From positions 74,958,001 to 75,022,000 of the forward strand of contig OZ241827.1 in the NCBI GenBank assembly GCA_965202585.1: a stretch of DNA of 64,000 nt, read 5' to 3'. This document shows positions 37,629 to 49,968 of the stretch, one piece after another. A program made the position numbers and the translations under genes. This DNA is from Thalia democratica. Its lineage: Eukaryota. Numbering within the stretch: the stretch's first letter is position 1; each line of letters opens with the position of its first letter. The notes below the pieces were generated by a model. The model made no database searches and had not been told where the DNA came from. It worked only from the letters and a program-made list of their open reading frames with translations.

Positions 37629-38640
37629 GTAGGAAGTAATAATAAACAGTATAAACAATGAGAAAACAACTCTGAATACTATATACTTGAATAAACTTAT
37701 TTTACTTATATACTTAATTAAGTTTAACAAAGTTAAAAATATGTAAGTCGAAAATAACAGTTGTGTGCGAATGGTTATTATTTATTAAACATTTCAGCGA
37801 CGTTGTTTCGTTAGGATCTGTATTATAAAAACTACTAGTGTGTAAATTTTGTATGTTTATAGTTTGTTATAGTGAGGCCAACATAATTACCACCATATTT
37901 AAGCAACCACTTAAGCACTCCAAATATCATAAGTAGTTTTTGTTGTACTCTACCACTTTAAGCTGTAATTTTCCAAAAAAATTATATTTTTCATACAGCC
38001 CCCATTTTAAGTCCACTTTAACCACTTAAGCTATTATTTTCATAAATTCAATTTCTATTGTTCTTTTCCCTATTTGTACCAAATTTTCAATATAAATTCG
38101 ATACATTTACCGATTTCGATATACCCCGTGTGGGTCGAGGCGTTGGGACGTCGGACACGGAGTTGGATTATTTGTAGCTGAAAAGTTGTGGGTTCAAACA
38201 CGAGGGGGAGCGAATTTAATTGGGGCTACATACTACAATTAATTGTAGGGGCAATCTCACCTTATTGTGGGGAGGAAGTTTTTGGCAAAAATTATTTGTA
38301 TTTTTTTTTAGTTTTGGTCAATACCACCAAGGTTTTTTATGCACTTCCTTTTATTCTGAATACAGTTTTTCGACAATTTTTTAAAAACAATTGACCTAAT
38401 GCAATAAGGTCAATGAGGTTTAAGGTCGTAGAGATTTATCGAAAGATTCACTACAAAGTGTAAATAAAATTTTAAGCTGTTAACACAGTTTGAAGCTTGT
38501 ATTAGCTCTAAATATTTACAAAAATTAAACGTACAATATGACATTAATGCTTATAAAAGTTTAGAAAAATATGTTAGAATGACAATTACAAAAGAAGCTC
38601 TTTATAACTCGACAAAAAAACTCTATCAAAAACCATAAAA

Positions 38641-38712
38641 TGCGTCGACCGGGAGTCGAACCCGGAACTAGTGCTTGGAAGGCACCAATGCTAACCGTTA
38701 CACCATCGACGC
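38641..38712 (-). tRNA. tRNA-Gly(TCC)
   Basis: Exact reverse complement of 33962-34033. Confidence 0.97.
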
Positions 38713-40521
38713 TTATGATAGGTTCTGGTATTTACTGGTTATAAACTCAAATGTTATTGTAGCTAGCTATGTAGCTCAATTGAATGCTACCATATGTGCA
38801 TTCAAGCGTTGAACGTTTTGCCTTTAGCTCGACAGAATGTGCTATAATATTGCGCTGCAAATTTTTAACGCGTTTTTGCTCGCTAGCTGTATTGTATTAG
38901 GTTTATCTGCTCACTTAAGCAGTAAATTCTCACGTGGTTAAGCGCTTATGGCGGTAAACTTGATGCTTATTTGCAAAAGCTGTTCATTTCAAATCGTGCA
39001 CTTTACTTCGTAATTGCTTTTATGTTTATTGATATATGTTCTCACGTTTGATTAAAAAATGTTAAGTTTATGATTATATTAAATTGATAGCTTTATCTTT
39101 TACTTTGTTTGATTAAATGATGACTAAGAAAATGAACCTAAGTACTTCTAAACAATTATTCAAACTGTAAAAACGAACTAATATACATGAAAAAAAATTC
39201 TGCCCAGCTAGTTATAGTTATTTCTTAAAGTTTAATCACTGATTAAAGTCGTGAGTCTTAGTGAAAACTATATTACGACAAAACTATATTGAAAGTATAA
39301 AAAACTAGATAACTAAAGTTAAATAAAGCTTGTACTAGAAGTTAAACCAAAAAACGTTTATTGGTTCAAAGTTAAACATATTTGAAGTTATATTTTTTAT
39401 AACTTACTAATCAGTTGATTAAAAGTTATACTAACTAATCAACTTTAACATAATTTAAATTTAAAAAGTCTTTCAATTAATTGAATATTTCTGTTTTGTT
39501 ACATTTTCTTTTAATTAGTTAGTGTAAAACTTTAAAAGTTAAGCCAATGATTATTGTTAAAAATTTAAAACTTTAACTTTTAGTTCAAGATTATTCAAAA
39601 AAGTAAATTTATACACAAAGTGAGTGTTTTTTTTATTAAAGCTGGCACTTTTTAAAATTCTACATGACTAAAAACTTGAAAAGGCTTTAAAATTTTTTTA
39701 AAATGTTTTGAGTTCGTATTTATGGACAGAATAACACAGCTTGTTTTTGCTTTTGAAAGTATAATATTAAAAACTAAAAAAAATCAGTACTTGTAACTAA
39801 ATGAAAATGAGTTATTAAATAACGTTAAAATCTATTTAAACTTTTTTTAGAGTGAGTTTAAGTAAATTTATAGTAAAATAAAACCGATTCTTATTGCGCT
39901 TACCGAAACATAAAGATAATAGAAATAGTTTACGGTTAAAGTTTTACTTCGGAGACTTAGGTATAATTTTTCTATAATAAACCACGAAAAATATTATACA
40001 GCTGATTTTTATCAATCAACTTTTTAACGTATTCATAATTATTGTTGTTATTATAAAGTTTAAAAAATGTGTAACTACAATTGTTAAAACAATTTGAAAT
40101 AGAAATCATAGATGCTTATGTCTTATGCTTAATTGAACAATAAGAAAGTTGTTTTTTGAACAAACTAGCTTGAAGTTAAATGTAATAAGGACTAATGTCA
40201 CAATAATTATTTCTAAGTACTCAGAATCGCATTTTAGTATAACAAGTTTTAATTGTTTAATGTGAAATTTAACGCCCATACCAATATATAACATAACACA
40301 GTATAAAAATTGAATTATATCTATAATTCAAATCTGCACAAACCATATTTTTTCAATTTATTACTTTTTGTAAATGTACATAACATACATTGTTGATTTC
40401 AATTCGAAATCAAATTTGACTAATAAAATTTATTAAATAATTTGATTAAGTTAACGTTAATTGATCTTATAACTCATACTTAATCAACATTTTAGTAAAA
40501 ATGAGTTCTGATTTTTAAAAG

Positions 40522-40603
40522 TGGCATAGACGGGATTCGAACCCGCGCCATCGAAATGACTGGAGCTTAAATCCAGCGCCTTAGACCACTCGGCCACTCT
40601 ACC
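40522..40603 (-). tRNA. tRNA-Leu(TAA)
   Basis: GGTAGAGTGGCCGAGTGGTCTAAGGCGCTGGATTTAAGCTCCAGTCATTTCGATGGCGCGGGTTCGAATCCCGTCTATGCCA; one acceptor mismatch (G5.A68). Confidence 0.93.
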
Positions 40604-41680
40604 ACACGACTGAGATAATAAATTTCAGAATATAAACAACAAATCTAACGTATAATTACGTCACAAAGAAAATATGTTTGTCTTAAGCAAACTAGATGAC
40701 TAAAAACATTGGGTGGTTGCAGATTTCCACTACTTTTTTGAATTGCTTGAAAATCATGCAAATAATTTGCATATTTTCTGAGTCGGTTGTAATGCATTTG
40801 TAACGCATCCCTGATAATAAGTTTTACTTTTAAGTGAACATCGAAATGAAGCTTTACAGCCAATCATAATCACCACATTGCTAATTGGCAAATCACTTAT
40901 TATTATGCAAAAAAGTTGATTGTTGATGCAATAATAACACGTTCACACATTTTTTATTACTGGCTTGCAGCCACTTTCTGTGTTGTTGGGTCACAGTTTT
41001 TTATTTGGATTTGAGTGTTGGTATCATTACACTTACAGCTTATTTGGAATTGTTAAATTTTTGGAATCAATTTTTTTTTATTTTTGATTCAGATTTTGCA
41101 TTTTTATTTGTTTGGACAAAAACTTTATATTTGATTTTGAACAGTTGAAATTCAACTCAGCAGTTAGCTACCAGTTCAAAATAAAATAACATTTTTAACT
41201 GTCTATTTGTACAATTTCATTAGGGACTTATACTATTACATTGCTATGTTTTTATATTTTACTTATTTGCTAACTTATACAATCTTGTTAAATCTTGCTA
41301 AACTGTTTTTTTTTTAATTTACTAATTTGTCAATTTTGTAGATTTGTATTTGTTTATTGAATTTAAAGCTTAATAAATTTTATATCTTGCATTGGATCTA
41401 TTTATTAAATTAAATAATCTTAGTCTCAATTTTACCTAACATGGACCCTAACTATAAACCCCTTTCTGGTCTGGATGTAGCAAAGCTACCAAATAGAAAA
41501 CCTTCCCCACGATTTAGCATGCCACTTGTTTTTTCAATAATATTTTCTTTTTATAGATATGGTCTCTTAAATGTTTTTTTTCAAATGTTTAAATTGTAGG
41601 AACTTTAATTGTAACGCAACCATTAAATCTGTATAGCAACCGCTAAATTAACACATATCAAACGGAGTTAACAAAAAGAA

Positions 41681-41762
41681 CGACGGAGATGGGATTCGAA
41701 CCCACGCGTGCAGAGCATAATGGATTAGCAGTCCATCGCCTTAACCACTCGGCCACCCCGTC
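41681..41762 (-). tRNA. tRNA-Ser(GCT)
   Basis: GACGGGGTGGCCGAGTGGTTAAGGCGATGGACTGCTAATCCATTATGCTCTGCACGCGTGGGTTCGAATCCCATCTCCGTCG. Confidence 0.96.
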
Positions 41763-42997
41763 TGACGAACAACTTCCAAATTAAGCTTATTTATAACTGT
41801 TAAGTTACAATTATCTCTATTTGTATCTAACAAAGAAATGATTGCTTCAATAAAGTTTATACTTTTTGACTAGGCTTTTTTTTCATGGTTTAAAAAACTT
41901 TATATCAGTTTTGTGTGTTCCGAAAATATAAATTCACCACTATATTTAGTTGTTTAAGCTGCTAAACATATAGCTAGTCTAACTTAGCATTTGTGCTAAA
42001 TAAAACCAGTTAGTGACTATAGTACAATTCCGTTAGTAAGTTAAATATATTCCCTCTAATTTTCACAATTTATCAAGTTTAGTTTAAAAATAATTACTAC
42101 GTCATAAAAAAGAGGTACTCGTAAAACTAAATGAAAAGTTTATTATATTAAATTTTGGTTGTATATAAACTGTCTATAACTTTTTTGCTTAGTTGTACTT
42201 TTGTGAAGCAATTTAATTTGTTAGTATTAAATGATTGAGTTTTTGTGTTTACACGTAACAAAAAGTATCTGACTTTTTGTTAAAGTAATAAGATAAATGA
42301 TACAGTTATTCAAAAAAAAACTATCAGTATTGTAATAAAGCAGCTTATTTAGATTTAAACCAACGATTAAATAATTTAGGCGACATAAAAAGCAAATAGA
42401 TTTTATTGTATTATCTAATTAAAAATTTGAGTTTTTTGTATTTTAATCATAAAAACTTTCTCTCCTTTGATTTTTTCATCAAATTAAGAAGTTCTTAAAT
42501 TCGAGAAAAATATTTAAGCCATTGAAAATATTATTAGTTAAAATTGTAAATATTATATAATATAGATTTTATCTTTACATGTAAACAAAACTTGATTTGA
42601 TTCGCTGAAAAGTTTAAGTATACTTTAAGTTAATTTTTACAAGATTATAGTTTAACATTTTTAAGCTAATTGAGCTATTAGGTTTTACAAGTTATTTTTA
42701 AACCGTTTAAGGTAAAACCACAAAAGCAGTTAACTTTTAATCAAACGTGTATTTTTTAGTTAAAATACACAAATATGTTTTAAGCAGTTTTCACATTTCT
42801 TTTATTGATATTTTTTATTATACACAACAACAAAAATGTATTTACATAGTTTTAAATAATTTATTGTTTGTATCTTATTTTGGTCAAAACTACTTTTACC
42901 CTTCATAAACTTGCTTAAGTTTAAAAAAATAGGTTTTATATTTTTAATAAAGAACAATATATGATATAGACAATAAAACTCAACTTGAACGAAAAAT

Positions 42998-43030
42998 ATA
43001 CAATACAATACAATTACAATACAATACAAT
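42998..43030 (+). repeat. (TACAA)n pentanucleotide microsatellite
   Basis: tacaatacaatacaattacaatacaatacaat, just 3' of tRNA-Lys(TTT). Confidence 0.8.
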
Positions 43031-43053
43031 TCAAAAATTAATCATTTAAAAGG

Positions 43054-43126
43054 AGCCTGACAGGGGACTTGAACCCCTGACCGTTGGATTAAAAGTCCAA
43101 CGCTCTACCGACTGAGCTAGCCAGGC
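43054..43126 (-). tRNA. tRNA-Lys(TTT)
   Basis: GCCTGGCTAGCTCAGTCGGTAGAGCGTTGGACTTTTAATCCAACGGTCAGGGGTTCAAGTCCCCTGTCAGGCT. Confidence 0.96.
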
Positions 43127-43812
43127 TCACAGTTAAAACCGAAACCCTGGTTATATAAAGTACATTTGTTACAACTGCATTCTACTTACCAAAATTTTGA
43201 TTGATCAAATTAAATGAAAACTTTATTAAACTTTTCTGGTTACATGAACGTATAACTGGATGTTTATAAAACTATAAGATTCAGGTTTGAAGTTTAATAA
43301 CTACAACTTTCAAAATATCTGTTTTAGCTTTGTCTAATTTATTGTAAAATTTTTAATATACTCTCCTAATAAAAAGTTATTTTAAAACTACTTAATTTAA
43401 AAAATAATAAAGTTTGTTTATTAAATTTTTTAAATATTTTATTATGGTAAAAGTGGCATTATAAAAAATTGTACCTATATCACAAAAAGTATTTAAGATA
43501 TGGTTTTATAAAGAAAATGTTAAGAAATTGTTTTACTAAGTCCATATAAACATATGTATTTATTCAAATAAAATCAAATAACTTTTACAGCTGTTTCAGT
43601 GTCCTCAATACTGTTATATTCCTAGAATATTATAGTTCTTAAACACATTTATTAAATATTACACAACATAGCAAGTTGATATGCATTTAAAATAATCAAT
43701 ACAATTTTGTCTTAAGCAGCAATAAACATTTTGTTTCAGCACACCAGTAAATTATGAAAAAAGTTAAATTTATTAAATGTCAATTTTTATACAAAAGTTC
43801 AAAAACAAAAAA

Positions 43813-43885
43813 TGTTTCCGCCCGGGCTCGAACCGGGGACCTTTCGCGTGTTAGACGAACGTGATAACCGCTACACTACGGAAAC
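43813..43885 (-). tRNA. tRNA-Val(AAC)
   Basis: GTTTCCGTAGTGTAGCGGTTATCACGTTCGTCTAACACGCGAAAGGTCCCCGGTTCGAGCCCGGGCGGAAACA. Confidence 0.97.
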
Positions 43886-45466
43886 ACTTGATTTTAAATT
43901 ATATAGCCCGTTTATATTCCTATCAAGTTGCTCGGTTAATTGACTAAATTTGCATTGCTATCACACATGGTATGTATACGAGATAATATTAAACTATAAA
44001 CTTTGAACAAGTTTAAAAAATTAAATTTTTAAGTTATATAGAAGATTATTTATATAATGCGCTCAAAATTAAATTGTATCTTTCTTTGAGATAGTATAAC
44101 TAGTTTTGTAAGCAATATGATTTGATTACTTATATTGTACTATTTTAGGCATAATGAGCACAATTTTTAAAATATCTTTAAACTTTTATATTTATTGAAA
44201 AATTTTGTTATAAAAGCTTAATGTTTATTTTTAGATTAGGACGAATATTGTATTAAATTTATAAAATGAATATGCGAATAAAACTTTTATGTAAATTACA
44301 GAGCTTTTGTAATATATAATTAACATTTACGAATTAATTTTCAATGCATACAAGAAAAAGTAAAACGAACTTATTGAACACTACATTCAAATAATTTTTT
44401 GACGGATTAGTTAAATTCATGAGTCATGACATCAACATATTTTGAATAAAAATCTCGGATTTAAGATATTTTCGATTTTAGAAGTCTTTGACTAGCTTTA
44501 AGTATTAAAAAATTTAAATACTTTATAAACAATATTTAGAAAAATAACTTAAATAATAGAATTAACTATTTATTACACCCATTAAATTCAGTTTAACTAC
44601 AAATTAAAATTTTTTATTAGCATTCACTAACTATTTTGAACAAATTTTGAAAATAATTTCCAAACTTAAACTAATAAAAAGTGTATATAATATGTGTAAT
44701 ACATAATATGTAACACCAAATCATAGTTAAAAGTATAGATATATAGTCAAATTGAACGATAGAAAGATAGAAAAATAAAAATGTAAGTTTTCTAAACTGA
44801 AAACACATAGAAAATTATAACAAATGATACAAGCGTATATATACGTATTTAAATAGTATCTTTCATATCTATAAAAACTTACTACTTAAACGAATTTTTA
44901 AACTTTTTACTTACTCTAAACTATACATGCTATGAAACTAAAAACAAATAACTTCGTTAAAAAATATTCATGTTTAACTTGTAAAAAGGGTTAAAACCAA
45001 TCAACGTTTAATAGACAAGTTTCAGTGTTTGTCAAAGTTAGAATAAAATTATTATGTAAAACTATTAATTATTTCTTTATAATCATATAAAATCTTATAC
45101 CATACATAGCTACAAAATTTTATTTAACTTAATGAGAAAGTTATCAAAAGTAAACAATTTTCTATGATAAAAGTTTTGTAAAAATGTAAAATTATTTGGT
45201 TGTAATTAATAAAAACTTAACAAAAAATTGTATATCATCAAACATGCTTAAACATAATACTATTACTCTAGCTAGTTTAGTCTACAAAAGTGTATGCAAT
45301 ATTTCATAACAAATTCAAAAAGCTTATAAAACTTTTAATCTTGTATTATCAATTGCTATAACGCAATTTATAAGAAAAGGCATTGCTACTAAGAAAAAGG
45401 AGCTACGCATGCATCACATACAATGTTGTTAAAATATATAATTAGCTTTCGTTGTTAGTTATCAGT

Positions 45467-45538
45467 GGCCCGTTGGTCTAGGGGTATGATTTCCGCTTAG
45501 GGTGCGGGAGGTCCCGGGTTCAAATCCCGGACGGGCCC
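45467..45538 (+). tRNA. tRNA-Pro(AGG)
   Basis: GGCCCGTTGGTCTAGGGGTATGATTTCCGCTTAGGGTGCGGGAGGTCCCGGGTTCAAATCCCGGACGGGCCC. Confidence 0.98.
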
Positions 45539-47118
45539 TTCTTTTTGATTTGTCTAATTAATTCTGTAATGCAACATTAATCATTCTTTAAAAAAATATT
45601 CAAAATAGAATTGGAAATACAAAACTATACAATACTTTTATGATTTAACATTATCTATCTAAACTAAAACTCAAAGTTTATGTAATGGTTGAAATTGCTA
45701 AGCTATATAGTATTTTAAAAATGACTAATATTCTTACATTAATTAATGGTAAACTTATTTTACCATAACCAAGTTTTTAAACAAGTATAAAGTAGCGTTG
45801 TTGCTAACTTCTAAAACTATTAGTGTTTAAAATAACATAGAAACTTTATCTAATCTTTGTTTTAATTGCTTTTCTATTTCTCATCATTTAAAAAGTAAAC
45901 TATAACATTTTACATGGCATTTAACTATTATAATCACCTTAATTAGAAAATAAATAATATTACTTTTTATACAAAAAACACTTAGTCATAAAACTATTTT
46001 TAGAATTTTATTTTTTAATTATTACAAATTTAATATATCAAACTAGTACTACACTGTCAACTTTACACTAGTTTGTTTTTACCAAAAGACTTTAGTTTTT
46101 TAATTTCATTGTTATACTAAAACCTATATTTCGCTCGTTTAAACCACAAAGCATTGTCTTTTGTTTACTTCTATGTTAAGAGCTAATTTAGTAGCGTATC
46201 ATTAAGTTACCTGCTATGCGCTGTTGAAACTAAAACTAAAATATTACTAAAATAAAAACCTTTTATTGCATAACTTTCAAAACAACTACTAGTTTTAGTT
46301 TTAAATATTACTACATCAGCTTGTTATATGATTATTAATATTGCTAAATATATAAAACATAAACTTAAGTAATCAAAACGTTCATGTTTTTTGCTTACAA
46401 CTTTTATTTTTATATCTTATTAAACGTTGTAATCACTTCCGAAATTGAAATTTCTTAATAAATTTTACTTTATTTTTATTGACGTATAGGTATAAGATGA
46501 AAACTATTGAAGTCTAAATTTAACATGATATTATATTTGTTTATACGCATAAAACAGTATACAATCAACTTTAAATTCCCATTTTCTTTATTTTTAGCTA
46601 TACTAGTTGTATAAATTTTTATTTAAATTTAAAAATCTATATTTTTCTTTGTTTTGAAATTCATGAATTTCGTAATTTGTTTAGAACTTAAAAATGAATT
46701 CGTCCAAATTGTTATGTTTTACATTAGGGTTTTATTCTATCCAAATAATGCTATAAACATAAATTGCTAAAAGCTTATCGAAAGTGTTTAACTTTTATTA
46801 AAACTTCGAAAACTATTTAAAAAAAATATTATTAAGAAATTAAACAGATATATAATGTTCACAGAAAATAATAGAACTTAAGTGCACTGTTGTTTAAAAT
46901 TATCTGAAAACCAGGTCATTTAAAAAGTATATTATTATAAGTTGTTAGTAAAAAAACTTTACAAAAAATAGTTCTTAAAAGTATAAATAGATAAAATAAG
47001 AAAGACTTAAGTTTAAAAGAACAAAACGTTGTCTCTAAAGCAAGTAGATAATATTCAGTAGTAAAAATATGTAGTAGATTGGCTTACTAACCAATATAGT
47101 TAGTATTAACAAAAATGT

Positions 47119-47181
47119 GTCTCTGTCCGAGATGTAAACTCGGGACCTTACGTACCTTAAACAGAAATCATACCCCTAGAC
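47119..47181 (-). pseudogene. tRNA-Pro(AGG)-derived pseudogene
   Basis: gtccgagatgtaaactcgggaccttacgtaccttaaacagaaatcatacccctagac aligns to the reverse complement of 45467-45538 with 10 substitutions. The 5' acceptor strand is lost. Confidence 0.85.
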
Positions 47182-48034
47182 TTTAATTAGACTAACCTTG
47201 GCATTAATAAATTTATCAACTACAAGTCAAAACAATTTAAGAAAGCTTGCTTTATTCTACTTGAATTTATATGAAGTAAAAGTATCGCTTCACAGCGTTA
47301 CAAATAATTAAGATATTTGAAAACTAAATGTGATTTTGCGTTTACTTGTGAAAATCTTTATTTAACGACATTTTTAAAATTTGCTACAAAAATCTTGAAA
47401 AACAAAGTTAATAACTGTAAAAGCTGTTATGTTATACATCACCTTAATTAAAAATATATTCTGTAACTAAAGTAATACAACAGTACAGTCTTCAAATTTG
47501 AGCAAAACCTAAAGGACATTTTTCTATATTTATTAACATTTGAAATGAGAACAAAACTTTTTAAAATGCTCCATTTGACTTTTTTTAGTTACAAGTGATT
47601 TTAGCAAATAAGTTGACATAATTGTGTATTCAAACTGTAACTATTAATGTTAACAACTTATATACTTAACTATACTTATACGTGTGTAAACTACATCACT
47701 TCTTGAAAACTTTCCTTGAAATTAGAAAAAAAAATGTTTTGCTTTTAAAGAATTTGCTTAATTTTCATATATATACCATAAAATTTTATATATAACATAT
47801 TTTTGCTGTATATAGAAATTGTTATCTAGTCAAAATACCATTTATTACATGTTTAGTATACTATTTTCATCATGCATTTAAAGTATATACCACTTTATGA
47901 AATGCAGATTAGTTTATTCTTATTACATTAGTAGAAAATCATAAAAATTTTGTGCTAATACTTATTTAAAAGTAGTTTGTAAACGTTATAAAATTTTAAA
48001 TTGGATATTTTGTAACAGAGCAGCAAAAGAAATA

Positions 48035-48107
48035 TGGAGGTGCCGGGCATCGATCCCGGTACTTCTCGCATGCTAAGCGAGCGCTCTACCATCTGAGCTA
48101 CACCCCC
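48035..48107 (-). tRNA. tRNA-Ala(AGC)
   Basis: GGGGGTGTAGCTCAGATGGTAGAGCGCTCGCTTAGCATGCGAGAAGTACCGGGATCGATGCCCGGCACCTCCA; G3:U70 identity pair and eukaryotic Ala-type GATCG T-loop. Confidence 0.98.
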
Positions 48108-49377
48108 ATCTGGTAGTAAGGCTCCCGTAGCGTTTATAAATGTTCACATTTTTCGTCAAGTGCTTTTATCTTATCTGCTCGTTGCCTGGTAAGTGCATTC
48201 GTTTCGTACTAAGCTTTTAATGCTAGTTAATTTCATCGATTTTATACTTGCTTATGATAGTAATGTGTATGAAATATGTGCTAGCTTAATTTGTATTATT
48301 AGTTCTTAATAAACAGTTTAATAATACGATAAATTATTATACAGGTTTTTAAGGTAAAGTACGTATATATGCAGCTTTTACATTTAGTGAAAATAAAATA
48401 GTTAAGTTTGCCGTTTTTGAAGGTAATATATCTCTATACATTGTGCTTGTACTGCTTAAAAGAAAATATTAGTATGAAAGTTTTTGAAGGCGAAATAGAA
48501 AACTTCAGTTTATAATTTTTTTAAAGGTAAAACAGTTTTGTATGGGATTTGTCCAGTTTTGAGAGGTAAAACTGTTGTTTAATAAAATTAAAAAATTTCA
48601 AAGATAAACAGTTTCTACAATTTTCAAAAGTTAAATAGTTTTGTATATAGTTTACAGTTTTTATAGCTTCTGAAGGAGTATTAGTTTCTTATTCTACTTA
48701 AACTGTTTTGAAAAAAAAATATTATTAAGCGTTCCAGTTTTTTTAATAAAATAGTTGTATAACCAGCTAGTATATTTTTTGAAGGTAAAATATTTATATA
48801 TTCTGCTTAAACAACTTTTAAAGAAAGAACATTAGTATATAAAGCTCGTACAGTTCTTAAGGAAAAATAGTCGTATACTCTGCATGTAGAGTTTTTCAAG
48901 GATAAACAATTGTAAATGAAGCTTGTACAGTTTTTGAAGGAATTATAGTTATATATGAAACTTGTACAGTTTTTGGAGGAAAAACAGTTGTGTATGAAAC
49001 TTGTATAGTTTTTGAAAAAAAAAATAGTTGTATATCAAGCTTGTACAGTTTTTGAAAGAAAAATAGTTGTATGTATTATAAATACAAGCTTCAATATATT
49101 TATAAATTCAATATATTTGTATTTAAGCTCGGATGATTATTAGTTGGCATTTTACTTATTTAACTCTAAAAGCTGCAAGAAGTAGAATGTTTTAATAAAG
49201 CGTTTTGAAATAAACAGTTTTAAGTTTTAAACAAAAGTAGCTAACTAACTTTAAGTTATAAAGTAAAAAAATTGTTAATGCTAAAATAGCTTAAAGTAGA
49301 AATCGAAGCACATTATGCTATGCGGTTGCTTCAAAAGAAAAAGATTTATATACATCTTGTTTTGTCAGCTAACAAGA

Positions 49378-49404
49378 GGCTCGTTGGTCTAGGGGTATGA
49401 TTCT
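49378..49404 (+). pseudogene. Truncated tRNA-Pro(TGG) (first 27 nt only)
   Basis: ggctcgttggtctaggggtatgattct is fused directly to sequence equivalent to position 2092. Confidence 0.95.
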
Positions 49405-49717
49405 TGTTACCTTGATATTTAACAAACAAAGAAGTAATAAGATACCAGATACTTGGTACCAAGTTAGCTGTATTTAATGTTTATTTTGTTAATCTTAAAG
49501 TTTTTTCTTTAAAAAATTTTGTTAAGTTAGATGGTAATACTCCAAATTAATTTTTATTTAAATACCTTAGCTTAGTGCTAGCTTTAAAACTAGCTTAAAT
49601 GACTAATTTACCAAACTTGTTTCTCTGAATACTGTTTATTCAATTTCTCTGAATTTGACAACTCTAAATTGCGTACTAAGTAGAACGATAGCGTTCATTA
49701 AAGTTAACTAACTTATG

Positions 49718-49864
49718 ACAGGTGGTGTCTAATTAGATTTAAAAGATACTAATCTAATATAGAACTGATATGATAAATAATATTTTATGAATTCAGATAT
49801 GTTAGGCTAGTATTCAGTTCTATATTAGATTAGTATCTTTTAAATCTAATAAGACACCACCTGT
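49718..49864. repeat. Copy-2 hairpin (51-bp arms)
   Basis: Equivalent to 2405-2551. Confidence 0.9.
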
Positions 49865-49895
49865 TATACCATCAGTGGCATTTATAATAAAATCG

Positions 49896-49968
49896 CATCT
49901 CCGCCGGGACTCGAACCCGGAACCTCTGGATTAGAAGTCCAGCGAGCTATCCATTGCGCTACGGAGAC
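49896..49968 (-). tRNA. tRNA-Arg(TCT), intron-less
   Basis: Identical to 2583-2655. Confidence 0.95.

Larger units (their letters stand above)
1..48521. repeat. Large tandem repeat unit, copy 1 (tRNA-cluster unit; start truncated by window)
   Basis: Position 1 (taaaggtaaaacagttttg) recurs at 48522. Shared landmarks recur at offsets 48521, 48483, then 47312-47356. Position 64000 corresponds to ~16644. Confidence 0.95.

Noticed and set aside
40645-40863. ORF 40645..40863 and the neighbouring frame (IGCKASFRC..) as a transposase remnant
   Set aside because: Too short and interrupted; no recognisable catalytic motif without a database search.
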